From contig MHLM01000014.1 in NCBI GenBank assembly GCA_001821395.1, forward strand, positions 128,001-192,000: a stretch of 64,000 nucleotides of DNA, read 5' to 3'. Below, piece after piece: positions 1 to 8,966 of the stretch. Positions within the stretch are counted from its first letter, which is position 1, and each line of letters opens with the position of its first letter. The notes under the pieces were generated by a model. It did not search any database, was not told the DNA's origin, and saw only the letters and a list, made by a program, of their open reading frames with translations. The DNA is from Candidatus Lloydbacteria bacterium RIFCSPHIGHO2_02_FULL_50_18 (lineage in GTDB: Bacteria; Patescibacteriota; Minisyncoccia; Phycocordibacterales; UBA6899). The position numbers and the translations under genes were made by a program.

Positions 1-216
1 CGTTTTCAAGAGGAAGCACAAGAGCGCACGGGGATCACCCCGAATTACGAAGTGTTAAAAGAAACGGGACCTGATCACGATAAGCGATTTGAAGTCGGTG
101 TTTACCTCGGAAGCGATCTGGTCGCATCGGGGCTGGGCGCATCGAAGCAGGATGCGGAGCAGATCGCCGCACAGTCTGCACTCGACAAAAAAGGTTGGCA
201 CGAGACTATTAAATAA
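1..216 (+). CDS. rnc: Ribonuclease III, C-terminal dsRNA-binding domain (5'-truncated by window edge)
   Basis: Frame 1 is open from position 1 to TAA at 214-216. The translation ...PNYEVLKETGPDHDKRFEVGVYLGSDLVASGLGASKQDAEQIAAQSAL matches the dsRBD consensus of RNase III (PxYxV...GPxHxKxFxVxV...G.G.SKKxAEQxAAxxAL). Confidence 0.7.
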   Translation, partial: RFQEEAQERTGITPNYEVLKETGPDHDKRFEVGVYLGSDLVASGLGASKQDAEQIAAQSALDKKGWHETIK

Positions 217-362
217 TCGCCGACTGCTCTATTGCCTGCCTGCGTAGGCGGGACAGGGTCTTTTCGGCTCGGTCAGCTTATATGAAAGCATCATTGACGT
301 ATCACTCAATGTATAGTAGTGTGCGGAGCAGAAAGTAGGCACTTTTCAGAAGGAGCATCGTA

Positions 363-1220
363 ATGACAGATGACAAAAAACCGGCGTTGAGCGCAGTATC
401 AGGGGACCAGAGTTTCGATGATATCCAATCGCGCCTTGCGCTAAGTATCATGGGAAAAATCGCTGAGTTCGGGTTTGCGCATGACAGGGAAGGAAGGCCA
501 AATCCAAAGATGGCGATGTCGCTCGTCCGTGCTGTCGCCGACGCCGTTGAGTTGCGTTATCGTGACGAAACGCGTGAATATGTGTCGACGCGATTTGATG
601 AGCAGGTCGAACGTTACATCGCGCTCGGGTTGCATGACGCTGCCGGGTATACCGAAGATTCGTTCCGAACATCATTGCGACCCCTCGCGGAAAGTGTGAA
701 GAAATTCTTTGATTATCCGTCAAATCATCCTATCCGTGACGGGGAGTACACACTGCTTTTGGTTCTTCCGGAACGCATGGTGCCTGTCCGTCGTCTCTTG
801 GCGACATTTTTGGGCAGCAACATTTTTTCCGTATTCGACACCTTGCGCATGGACGTACGCTCGCACGGAAAAGTAGCACCTGATTCCCCGTATGTACTCG
901 TTGGAATCAATGGGGGACGAGGGCTGTTGGATCACTCGATCGCGAGGGCTGATGATTGGATGGAGAAGAACGGGCGCACCTATCTGTCTCTGCATCAGGC
1001 GGTCCAGCTCTTTCTCATGCGGCCGCATTTTCTGTCCGCTCAGTCGGATGCATTGCATGCTCAATCGGAGGCGCTTGTTCTCGGTGAGAAGTGTTCGCAA
1101 GGGCTCATCAAGTTCGTTGCGAGAAGCAGTGGGAACGAAGTACTGTTCGTCGACGAAAAGAACATACACGGCGAAGTGGGGGTAGGGAAACCGCACTACA
1201 CGACGATGATCTCTGTGTGA
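363..1220 (+). CDS. hypothetical protein (285 aa)
   Basis: Long ORF with a GAAGGAG RBS 7-8 nt upstream of the ATG at 363. A terminator hairpin (gaccggagcag...ctccggtc + T-run) follows at about 1240-1270. No recognisable motif. Confidence 0.6.
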   Translation: MTDDKKPALSAVSGDQSFDDIQSRLALSIMGKIAEFGFAHDREGRPNPKMAMSLVRAVADAVELRYRDETREYVSTRFDEQVERYIALGLHDAAGYTEDSFRTSLRPLAESVKKFFDYPSNHPIRDGEYTLLLVLPERMVPVRRLLATFLGSNIFSVFDTLRMDVRSHGKVAPDSPYVLVGINGGRGLLDHSIARADDWMEKNGRTYLSLHQAVQLFLMRPHFLSAQSDALHAQSEALVLGEKCSQGLIKFVARSSGNEVLFVDEKNIHGEVGVGKPHYTTMISV

Positions 1221-1309
1221 AGAGAAAAATAGAGCCATAGACCGGAGCAGTAATGCCTCCGGTCTTTTTCTTTACGTAGGCGCATTCGGTTGTATGTACT
1301 AGCGCAGTA

Positions 1310-1338
1310 ATTGCGTACTTCTTGATTTTATGATATAA
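1310..1338 (+). promoter_or_regulatory. sigma-70 type promoter with extended -10 (TTGCGT-17 bp-TGaTATAAT)
   Basis: ttgcgt at 1310-1315, a 17-bp spacer, then tgatataat at 1330-1338, which is a perfect extended -10. It lies upstream of the small ORF at 1378. Confidence 0.5.
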
Positions 1339-1377
1339 TGTAAGACAAATTAAACCGTACTTTTTAAGGAGCTCTCT

Positions 1378-1545
1378 ATGTCCAAGATATGTTTGAGTCT
1401 GCTGGTTGTAGTGGTGTTTATCGTTGTGTTCTTGACCGTTGCAACAGTAACGTCTACTATCGCCGCCCTCGCCGCCGCCGTTGCCGCAACGGCTGGTGCA
1501 GTTTACCTCGCCCTCACCCTCACAATGATATATAAGAATTATTGA
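1378..1545 (+). CDS. small hydrophobic membrane peptide (55 aa; Ala/Val-rich single TM)
   Basis: AAGGAG RBS 8 nt upstream of ATG 1378. Translation is MSKICLSLLVVVVFIVVFLTVATVTSTIAALAAAVAATAGAVYLALTLTMIYKNY. It is below the 60-aa cutoff of the ORF track and is followed by a hairpin (cccagggattcctggg + T-run) at about 1578-1600. Confidence 0.45.
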   Translation: MSKICLSLLVVVVFIVVFLTVATVTSTIAALAAAVAATAGAVYLALTLTMIYKNY

Positions 1546-1652
1546 GCACTACTAGTGGCAAGATACAAGGTTCGACCCAGGGATTCCTGGGCCTTTTTCT
1601 TTTCCCCAGTTTCTAAGCGGTTTTCCAATAGTCATGCTAAAATGGAGCGGTT

Positions 1653-3929
1653 ATGCGATTAAAGAGATTGGAACTCTTTGGTTTTAAGTCTTTTGGAAAA
1701 AGGGCGGTTTTGGAATTCAATTCTCAGATCACTTCGATCGTCGGACCGAACGGCTCGGGTAAATCGAATGTCGCTGAGGGGATCCGATTTGTACTCGGTG
1801 AACAGTCGATGAAATCGATGCGCGGAAAGCGCGGTGAGGACCTCATCTTTAACGGCTCGCAAACGACGGGTCGCGCGAATCGCGCGAATGTTACTATCGT
1901 GTTCGACAATTCAAAGCGTGAATTTCCGCTTGATTTTGATGAAGTTTCTATCGCGCGCGAGGTGTATCGCGACGGCACGAATCAATATTTCATCAACGGA
2001 TCACAGGTGCGCCTCAAGGATGTTTTTGAGCTGCTGGCCTCCGTGCATATCGGAGCATCCGGGCATCATATGATCTCGCAAGGGGAAGCCGACCGTATCT
2101 TGAATGCCAATCCGAAAGAACGCCGCGAAATGCTTGAGGACGCGCTCGGTCTCAAGATCTACCAGTACAAACGTGCGGAGAGTGAACGTCGGCTTTTGAA
2201 GACGGAGGAGAACATGAAAGAGGCAGAGACACTGCGTCGCGAGATCGCTCCGCATCTTCGGTTCTTGAAAAAACAAGTAGAAAAGATCAACGAAGGAAGG
2301 GAATTGCGTGAGCGGTTGATCGGTCTGTATCGAGAGTATCTGAAGCGTGAAGAGATGTATTGTGAGTATAAAACAGGGGACATCGCGGGCAGAAAACACG
2401 TTCCGGCCGGTGAGCTCGCCGATCTCAATATCAAGATCGAGCATGCGCGCGGAGAGCTTGCAAAAGAAAGCGCGGGGGATGAAAAAAGCCAGCGATTGCT
2501 CGACGTCGAATCTCGGCTCCGTGGTGCGCGTGCGCGTCACGATGAGCTTTCACGCACGCTCGGCCGCGTTGAAGGCATGATCGAATATGAGGAGAAACAG
2601 CTGCGCAAAAAGCAGGAGTCGTTCGCACACCAGGAAGATGTTCCTATTCGATTAGGGGAAGTTGAGGAGCTTGAGAGTACTATCGCACAGGAGCTGTCGA
2701 ATGCGCAGGGCTCCGATGACATCAATTACATCAAGGGCGCGTTGAATCGCATCAGGGATACAGTCCGAGGATTCATTGCCCATCATAAAGCCGAGGCTGG
2801 ACAAAAGACATTGACGGATGCGGATTATCTCGAGGTACATGTCCTGCGTGAGGAAAAGGCAAAAGTTGATGAGGCGCTCCGAGGAGTAGCGGAGGAATCA
2901 AGGGCAATGGAAGGAGAGTATCAGGCGGTGAAGTCGGAGATCGACCAAGAAAAAGAGCATTCGCGAGATACTGAGCGCGCACTTTTTGAGATGATGTCGC
3001 GCCGCGGGGAGCTCCAGGGCACGCTAGATCGCATGCGCAACGAGGAAGAGAATCTTGCGCGTGAATCCCGCCGTCTTGCAGAAGAATTGAATGAGGCCGG
3101 GGTGCTCCTTGGTCGTTCCGTCCTCGAGTATTCGGACATACCCGTCACGCTAGAGGAAGTACGCGGCGAGTCGCGTGATGCGCAGGAGGCGCGCAGGCGC
3201 GAATTAGAGCGAGGGAAGATCAGGCTCGAAGATATTGGAGCTCAGGGGGGCGAAGATGCAGAGAAGGAGTACACCGATACTATTGAGCGTGATGTTTATC
3301 TTGAAAAGGAGATCGCAGACCTCGTGCAAACTCAGCAGTCTCTCTATCAGCTCATTGCAGAGCTGAATGTGAAGCTCGACACGGAATTCAAGTCCGGTGT
3401 GAAGAAGATCAATCATCAGTTCGGGGACTTCTTCCGATTGATGTTCGGCGGGGGTGTTGCCGAACTCTTCATTGTGAAGATCGAAAAACGGAAGCGTCGC
3501 GATACCGATCTCGACCTCAGTGATATCCCCGGTGGTGCCGATTCTGAGATTGCCGAAGGAGAAGAAGAGGATGAGGAGGGTATCGATATCGCCGTGTCCC
3601 TTCCGCACAAGAAGATCAAGGGGCTCCAGATGCTCTCGGGTGGAGAGCGCGCACTCACGTCCATTGCACTCCTTTTCGCCATCTCTCAGGTCAATCCACC
3701 GCCATTCATGGTGCTTGATGAGACTGACGCCGCACTTGATGAGGCCAATAGCCACAAATACGGCGATATGATCGAAAATCTCGCAAAGCTCTCGCAGCTG
3801 ATGGTCATCACACATAATCGCGAAACGATGAGTCGTGCGGGGGTGCTGTATGGGATCACAATGGGGACGGATGCGGTCTCAAAGGTACTTTCTATCTCCT
3901 TTGAAGACGCCGCCGCAGTCGCGAAATAG
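1653..3929 (+). CDS. smc: SMC-family chromosome-partition ATPase (short form, 758 aa)
   Basis: N-terminal Walker A GPNGSGKSN, long coiled-coil middle, C-terminal ABC signature LSGGERALTSIALLFA and Walker B MVLDETDAALDEAN. It is much shorter than the canonical ~1180-aa SMC. Confidence 0.8.
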   Translation: MRLKRLELFGFKSFGKRAVLEFNSQITSIVGPNGSGKSNVAEGIRFVLGEQSMKSMRGKRGEDLIFNGSQTTGRANRANVTIVFDNSKREFPLDFDEVSIAREVYRDGTNQYFINGSQVRLKDVFELLASVHIGASGHHMISQGEADRILNANPKERREMLEDALGLKIYQYKRAESERRLLKTEENMKEAETLRREIAPHLRFLKKQVEKINEGRELRERLIGLYREYLKREEMYCEYKTGDIAGRKHVPAGELADLNIKIEHARGELAKESAGDEKSQRLLDVESRLRGARARHDELSRTLGRVEGMIEYEEKQLRKKQESFAHQEDVPIRLGEVEELESTIAQELSNAQGSDDINYIKGALNRIRDTVRGFIAHHKAEAGQKTLTDADYLEVHVLREEKAKVDEALRGVAEESRAMEGEYQAVKSEIDQEKEHSRDTERALFEMMSRRGELQGTLDRMRNEEENLARESRRLAEELNEAGVLLGRSVLEYSDIPVTLEEVRGESRDAQEARRRELERGKIRLEDIGAQGGEDAEKEYTDTIERDVYLEKEIADLVQTQQSLYQLIAELNVKLDTEFKSGVKKINHQFGDFFRLMFGGGVAELFIVKIEKRKRRDTDLDLSDIPGGADSEIAEGEEEDEEGIDIAVSLPHKKIKGLQMLSGGERALTSIALLFAISQVNPPPFMVLDETDAALDEANSHKYGDMIENLAKLSQLMVITHNRETMSRAGVLYGITMGTDAVSKVLSISFEDAAAVAK

Positions 3930-3930
3930 C

Positions 3931-4153
3931 AATTTGGGCGCACTGCATTGTCGGAAACTTACGAGGCTCATTCACCGTACTCCGAAGTACGCCTCATTTC
4001 GCTTCGCGTTTCCTTCGCGCATTGCATCCCCAATTGTTATTTCGCTCAATGTCACTTCCTCGTCGCCTTGGACTGCGACCAAAAAATTCATCGAGCGACC
4101 AATTTTTCTTAGCAGTATTCTGCTTTAGAAAAATGGAAGTACTCTCCGTGGTG
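3931..4153. repeat. intergenic repeat family A, copy 1 (left module aatttgggcgcaYtgc...cgtacNNNNgtacg hairpin...cgcaYtgcatccccaa; right module gcgaccaatttttctta...ttagaaaaatggaagtactctccgtggtg)
   Basis: It shares conserved blocks with copies at 9964-10095, 27526-27645, 31300-31470 and 36923-37007. All copies lie in the 3' intergenic regions of + strand genes. Confidence 0.6.
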
Positions 4154-4307
4154 CATCCAAAAATAAAAGTCGTGCAATTGGGTGCGCTTTTTGTTGCACC
4201 CATTCGACTTTCCTGGTGTATAATTACTATATTATTCAGTAGTATGAAAAGCCATGTGTAACATCTGTAAATCAAGCTGTGCGCTATCAAGGATAGGATA
4301 TTATTTG

Positions 4308-4523
4308 ATGGCGGTCGGTGCAATCAACTGGGGGATCGTCGGGATCGGTTATTTTATGAACATCAATTTAAATTTGGTGCACCTCTTGTTCGGGACTTGG
4401 CCGGCACTCGAGGCTATTGTGTATATTCTTGTCGGTGCCGCTGCCGTCTTCATGCTTATTGGGTGTAGGTGTGCAAAATGTCAGACATGCTTCGTCGCGC
4501 CCGTCGCGCCGGTTTCAAAATAA
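4308..4523 (+). CDS. DUF378-family small membrane protein
   Basis: MAVGAINWGIVGIGYF...LVHLLFG...LEAIVYILVGAAAVFMLIG is the typical two-TM DUF378 pattern. The ATG at 4308 is preferred over the track start at 4254. A terminator hairpin lies at about 4540-4570. Confidence 0.65.
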   Translation: MAVGAINWGIVGIGYFMNINLNLVHLLFGTWPALEAIVYILVGAAAVFMLIGCRCAKCQTCFVAPVAPVSK

Positions 4524-4763
4524 ATTCGGAACATATACAAAAGGCCTCAATGCGGGGCCTTTTGTATTCGACAATTGTGCGGACATTCTGTATCATCTCA
4601 TTAGCTCGTCATTGAAAGGGTTTGTGATGCTCACGACACTTTTTTCTTCTCTTCGCGTGATAAGGAGCTGCTGCTCTTCGCCGCCTTTTTTGACCTCATT
4701 TTTTTCTGCGTATTATCTTTTATTCTCGGCTATCATTCGTCGCTCTTATGGGTCATCTACGAG

Positions 4764-4982
4764 GTGGGGGTCATCGGCCTGTGTGATATTCTCTCGCGGA
4801 GATATTTTTCTTGGCGTGAGATGAAGCGGTTGGCATGGCTCACGAATGGTCAACATGGGTTGTTCCCCAAGCCCTGGATGTACTACGCGGACTTGTGGGC
4901 TGAGCTCTTTGGTAAACCGATGGGTGTAATATATGTTGGCTTATTCATAGTCGGAAAACTGTGCGCATTCTTTTTTGCCTGA
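4764..4982 (+). CDS. hypothetical small protein (GTG start; weak)
   Basis: 72-codon ORF ending at the bidirectional terminator. There is no in-frame ATG and the upstream frame stays open without a start, so it may be non-coding. Confidence 0.25.
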   Translation: MGVIGLCDILSRRYFSWREMKRLAWLTNGQHGLFPKPWMYYADLWAELFGKPMGVIYVGLFIVGKLCAFFFA

Positions 4983-4987
4983 TATAC

Positions 4988-5015
4988 AAAAACGCCCGTA
5001 AGGGGCGTTTTTTTG
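4988..5015. terminator. bidirectional rho-independent terminator (aaaaacgcccgtaaggggcgttttttt)
   Basis: A perfect GC-rich hairpin flanked by an A-run and a T-run. It sits between convergent ORF 4764-4982 (+) and rnr (-). Confidence 0.7.
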
Positions 5016-7118
5016 TTAAATGAGTTTCATTCCTATCAGTTTTTTCTTGAGATCGACCGAGGCGATCTTGACGCGAACCTTGTCGCCAAGCCGATAGGTC
5101 TTCTTGTGATTTTTTCCCACGAGACGGTAATTTTTTTCTTCGAAAAAATAAAAATCATTCGGTATATCGCGCACATGCACCATGCCCTCGGTCTTTGTTT
5201 CGGGGTCCTCGACATAGAGGCCCCATTCCGTGACTCCGGAGATCGTGCCCGCAAGTTCGAGGCCGATGCGGTCAGCAAAATATTCACATTGCTTATAGCG
5301 AATGGATGCCCGCTCTGCTTCCGCAGCCCCAACCTCCATTTGCGAGCAGTATCGTGAAAGGTGCTCCTGCTCCTCGAGTGCTTTTTTGGGTACCGTATGA
5401 CCCAAGAGATAGCCTTCTAGGAGACGATGCACCATAAGGTCGGGATATCGGCGTATGGGGGAGGTGAAGTGCGTATAGAATTCGAAACCAAGGCCAAAAT
5501 GCCCGATGTTTTTTGTCGCATACACCGCTTTCGCCATTGAGCGAATGGTCGCGATCTGGATCATTGCTTCTTCTGCGCGCCCTCGTACTTCTTCAAGCAT
5601 TTTGTTGATATTTTTTGAGGTTACTTGTCCGAATTTGTCGAGTTTGAGGTCATAGCCGATTCCCAGGAGAAAATCGCGCAGGTCCTGCATGCGTTCCTCA
5701 TTTGGAGCATCGTGCACGCGATAGACGAACACCGTCTCCGCACGCGTGTCTTTTTGTGCAATGAGTGAGGCAACCTGCTTGTTCGCGAGGAGCATGAATT
5801 CCTCGATAAGCTTGTTCGTGTCCTGCATCACTTTCTTTGTTACGCGGAGCGGCTTGCCGTTCTCGTCGAGCTCGAAGCGAACCTCCTCGCTCTCAAAGGC
5901 GATCGCGCCGTCAGCAATGCGTTTTGTACGAATGCGCTTTGCCATGTCGTTGAGCGAAAGGAGCGCCTCCCTAAACCCGTCTTTGACGGGTCGGGCGATC
6001 AACTCATTCTGATGAGTTGATTTAGCCACACAGTCACCGCGCTTCTGATCGATGACTTCCTGCGCTTCTTCGTATGAGAATCTTCGTTGTGAGTGAATGA
6101 TCGTTTTTCCGAACCACTCATCGAGCACTTCTCCCTTTTTGTTCATCGTGAATACCGCCGAAAATGTGAGCCGGTCTTCATCGGGGACGAGTGAGCAAAT
6201 GCCGTTGGAAAGTCTCTCTGGGAGCATCGGGATGGTTCGATCGACGAGGTAGATCGAGGTGCCGCGCTCGACCGCTTCCTCGTCGATACGTGAGTGTGGG
6301 GTGATGTAGTGTGCAACGTCGGCGATGTGCACACCTACTTCGATATTCCCGTCATCGAGCGCTTTCCAGGATAGTGCATCGTCGAAATCTTTTGCGTCCT
6401 TCGGGTCGATGGTGAAGGTGAGTGTATCTCGGAAATCACGGCCGATAGGGGATGTGCTGCGGCGCGCGATCTCTTCCTCGGGGATTGAAAGCGGGATCTG
6501 TTCTGCGGCGAGAGTCACGTCGGGATCAAACGTCATATCAAAACCGCGCTCAAGCACGATCGCTTCCATTTCGACATTGTGCTCGTCGGGTTTTCCCAGT
6601 ATTTTCTTTACCTCACCGGTCGGGTCGAGTTTTGGATCGCTCCAATGCTTCATGTCGACGAAGACTTTTTGCCCTACCTCTGCCCCATGCAGCATCTCTT
6701 TCGGAATGAGGATGGCCCGATACATCTTGAAATCGTCCGGTCGGAGAAAGTAACTTCCTCCGTTCATCTCGATGACGCCGACGAATTTGGTCTTATTGCG
6801 GAAGAGGATCTCGGTCACTTCACCGCCCTGACGGGCATTAGCGGATTTGCCATAGAGCACTATCTTGACGCGATCTCGGTCGAGCGCAGTATTTAAGTTC
6901 TCTCCCTCGATCTCGATGTCCTCCTTCATTCCTTCTACTTCGACATAGCCCACTCCCTTTGCGGTGACGCGAATAGTGCCCTCGACTGCGTGACCCATCG
7001 GAAATTTTGTGTGTTCGGTTGGACGTCGTTGCGCGTGGACGGGTTTCTGTGAGTGTGAAGGCGTTTTCTTTTTGTCGGTGGAATGTCGTGCGGGTGACTG
7101 CCGGTGTTTATTGTTCAT
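5016..7118 (-). CDS. rnr: Ribonuclease R (RNB-family 3'-5' exoribonuclease) with basic N-terminal tail
   Basis: 700-aa ORF with the RNB catalytic motif HFGLGFEFYTHFTSPIRRYPDLMVHR, an N-terminal cold-shock-like region and a C-terminal S1-like region. The N-terminus is Lys/Arg/His-rich. Confidence 0.9.
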   Translation of the reverse strand: MNNKHRQSPARHSTDKKKTPSHSQKPVHAQRRPTEHTKFPMGHAVEGTIRVTAKGVGYVEVEGMKEDIEIEGENLNTALDRDRVKIVLYGKSANARQGGEVTEILFRNKTKFVGVIEMNGGSYFLRPDDFKMYRAILIPKEMLHGAEVGQKVFVDMKHWSDPKLDPTGEVKKILGKPDEHNVEMEAIVLERGFDMTFDPDVTLAAEQIPLSIPEEEIARRSTSPIGRDFRDTLTFTIDPKDAKDFDDALSWKALDDGNIEVGVHIADVAHYITPHSRIDEEAVERGTSIYLVDRTIPMLPERLSNGICSLVPDEDRLTFSAVFTMNKKGEVLDEWFGKTIIHSQRRFSYEEAQEVIDQKRGDCVAKSTHQNELIARPVKDGFREALLSLNDMAKRIRTKRIADGAIAFESEEVRFELDENGKPLRVTKKVMQDTNKLIEEFMLLANKQVASLIAQKDTRAETVFVYRVHDAPNEERMQDLRDFLLGIGYDLKLDKFGQVTSKNINKMLEEVRGRAEEAMIQIATIRSMAKAVYATKNIGHFGLGFEFYTHFTSPIRRYPDLMVHRLLEGYLLGHTVPKKALEEQEHLSRYCSQMEVGAAEAERASIRYKQCEYFADRIGLELAGTISGVTEWGLYVEDPETKTEGMVHVRDIPNDFYFFEEKNYRLVGKNHKKTYRLGDKVRVKIASVDLKKKLIGMKLI

Positions 7119-7133
7119 AGTAGGGTGTGGTAA

Positions 7134-7748
7134 TTAACGTCCTTCATCGTCTTGGCCGGTAAGTTTCTCCGCATGCGATCCGCTACGGGTAACTGCATCC
7201 TTCTCGTCCGGAACAAGGTGCACTAACTGCGAGCGTTCGACTTCACGGTCCTGGCTCTCGTTGATGAATCTTTTTATCTCATAAGGATGTGCAATGAATC
7301 CCGCCGTGAAATCCTCACGCTCACCTGCGGTTTCAAGCTGGATCGTCCCAAAATCGAGTAAGGTCTGAATGATGCCGATCTGATTGACGGATACGTTCTG
7401 GATCTTGTCGATGCGGAATGATGAGGATTCACGGCGAAAGAGGCCTTTTTGATTGATGTCAAATATGCGCTTGTCGGTAATGATGAGTACATCGAGATAA
7501 TAGTCCGTCCACATGTTCCATCCCATTATCCAGACGATAAAGAGCCACGCGAACAGGAAGAAGGATACCGCATACGCCTGATTCCCGGTGAAGATGAGGA
7601 TGTTTTCCATGGGGACGAGGTGGAAGAGAAAGAGTCCGATTACGGGCACGGCAAAAAGAAAGGCGAGGACAAAAATATCACTCAAGAGGACAAACCAGTG
7701 CCTGCGCACGACGCGAATGATATGCTCGCTTTTATCGATCTCGATCAT
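7134..7748 (-). CDS. membrane-anchored bacterial PH-domain protein (bPH_2/YdbS-YdbT-like), 204 aa
   Basis: Two TM helices followed by DYYLDVLIITDKRIFDINQKGLFRRESSSFRIDKIQNV, the bPH_2 pattern. The start is reassigned to the ATG at 7748 (MIEIDKSEH...), which overlaps the stop of the upstream gene by 4 nt (ATGA). Confidence 0.65.
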   Translation of the reverse strand: MIEIDKSEHIIRVVRRHWFVLLSDIFVLAFLFAVPVIGLFLFHLVPMENILIFTGNQAYAVSFFLFAWLFIVWIMGWNMWTDYYLDVLIITDKRIFDINQKGLFRRESSSFRIDKIQNVSVNQIGIIQTLLDFGTIQLETAGEREDFTAGFIAHPYEIKRFINESQDREVERSQLVHLVPDEKDAVTRSGSHAEKLTGQDDEGR

Positions 7749-7996
7749 TGTGCGGAGATGAGGTAAAGAACTGCTGATAAGATCATGAGTCCCGCGAGCG
7801 CCGCCGAGCCCGAGATATAGAGGAAATTCATTGCAAAGAGTTGCATCCCGCCCGTGCCGTAATTCTTCCAGTGATATCGAATGATCACCGTGAAGACGAG
7901 CCAGCCTGCGATCACGAGTGCCCCCACGACAAAAAGAAAGAACGGGGAGACGGCGATCTGAATATTGATAGTGCTGAGTATTGCGGGGGGAGTCAT
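7745..7996 (-). CDS. small two-TM membrane protein (83 aa)
   Basis: MTPPAILSTINIQIAVSPFFLFVVGALVIAGWLVFTVIIRYHWKNYG... has strongly hydrophobic helices. It is translationally coupled to the bPH gene. The longer track ORF 7134-8024 is an artefactual fusion across frames. Confidence 0.55.
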   Translation of the reverse strand: MTPPAILSTINIQIAVSPFFLFVVGALVIAGWLVFTVIIRYHWKNYGTGGMQLFAMNFLYISGSAALAGLMILSAVLYLISAQ

Positions 7997-8078
7997 TTGT
8001 GGTTGTATTATATCGTATTCTCACTAAATAAAGAACGGCGGCCGATGTGGCTGCCGTTGCGTTGAGCGTGACCCTGGG

Positions 8079-8408
8079 TCAGGGAATGATCTGGAAGTGG
8101 AGTATCGTGGGTTCGAAGACGTCACACACTCTGTATCCCTCCTTGAAGTACGCGATCGCTTCCGTGCAGGCAGTTTCTCCTGCTGCATGAAAGGCGAGTC
8201 GATCCTTCTCCTCACTGTCACTCGAAATATTTGCCGACACTATCGTCAAATATGTTTCTTTCACTATGCTCGTTGAAGGAGGAGGAAGATTGTGGGCATC
8301 AAAGACACGAACATTGGACGTCCTTTTTGCTATTCTGGCGTCCACCCTCACATTTACGCTTACTGCAAAAGCTATGCGCATGAAAGTACTCCTATATGTA
8401 GATGACAA
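8079..8408 (-). CDS. hypothetical protein (109 aa)
   Basis: ORF only; no motifs and no clear RBS. Confidence 0.3.
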   Translation of the reverse strand: MSSTYRSTFMRIAFAVSVNVRVDARIAKRTSNVRVFDAHNLPPPSTSIVKETYLTIVSANISSDSEEKDRLAFHAAGETACTEAIAYFKEGYRVCDVFEPTILHFQIIP

Positions 8409-8468
8409 CTAAGACGCAGTTAAAACCATAAAACATCTTCTGTCAACCCCAGATTTAATCTGATTTTA

Positions 8469-8497
8469 TTGACCAATCGGAGGGCGTCTGCTAGTAT
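8469..8497 (+). promoter_or_regulatory. candidate sigma-70 promoter TTGACC-17-TAGTAT placed about 7 nt before the rpsP ATG (possible leaderless transcript)
   Basis: ttgacc at 8469-8474, a 17-bp spacer, tagtat at 8492-8497, and the rpsP ATG at 8505. Confidence 0.35.
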
Positions 8498-8504
8498 CTT
8501 TCCC

Positions 8505-8951
8505 ATGTTAGCAATACGACTTAAGCGCGTTGGACGCAAGAACGACCCATCATTCCGCATCATTGTGCAGGATCATCGCCGTTCTCCAAAAAAGACGAGG
8601 GGTGTGGCGGAGTTTGTCGGATCTTACGATGCACGCAAGGGCACTCCGCAAATCGATGCAGAGCGAGTGAAGTATTGGATCGGTCAGGGTGCACAGCCAT
8701 CCGATACCGTGCACAACCTCTTGGTTGATGCGAAAATCATCCCGGGAAAGAAGGTCAATGCGCTTAATGCAAAGACACCCGTCGTGAAAGAGGCTCCTAA
8801 GGTAGAACCAAAGAAGGTCGCTCCCGTAGCAGCAGCTCCCGTCGCCGAGGTGAAAGCCGAAGAGCCGGCACCCGTAGCAGAGGTGGCAGCACCGGTTGCC
8901 GAAGTGAAGGCTGAAGAAGCGACACCAGCGGCAGAAACTCCGGTCGCATAG
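8505..8951 (+). CDS. rpsP: 30S ribosomal protein S16 with Ala/Pro/Val/Glu/Lys low-complexity C-terminal extension
   Basis: MLAIRLKRVGRKNDPSFRIIVQDHRRSPKKTRGVAEFVGSYDARK...VKYWIGQGAQPSDTV is the canonical S16. The tail carries the repeats (A)PVAEVKAEE. The ATG at 8505 is preferred over the TTG at 8469. Confidence 0.9.
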   Translation: MLAIRLKRVGRKNDPSFRIIVQDHRRSPKKTRGVAEFVGSYDARKGTPQIDAERVKYWIGQGAQPSDTVHNLLVDAKIIPGKKVNALNAKTPVVKEAPKVEPKKVAPVAAAPVAEVKAEEPAPVAEVAAPVAEVKAEEATPAAETPVA

Positions 8952-8966
8952 GTCAAAACAACAATA

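Noticed and set aside
1546-1600. Possible tRNA (ggttcgac resembles a T-loop)
   Set aside because: Only about 50 nt are available. There is no acceptor or D-arm complementarity, and the ggttcgac lies inside a simple terminator hairpin cccagggattcctggg followed by a T-run.
7134-8024. 296-aa minus-strand ORF from the track as a single protein
   Set aside because: Its N-terminal 92 residues are an Arg-rich out-of-frame read-through of the upstream small membrane-protein gene (7745-7996). An internal ATG at 7748 with ATGA stop-start overlap gives a coherent 204-aa bPH-domain protein.
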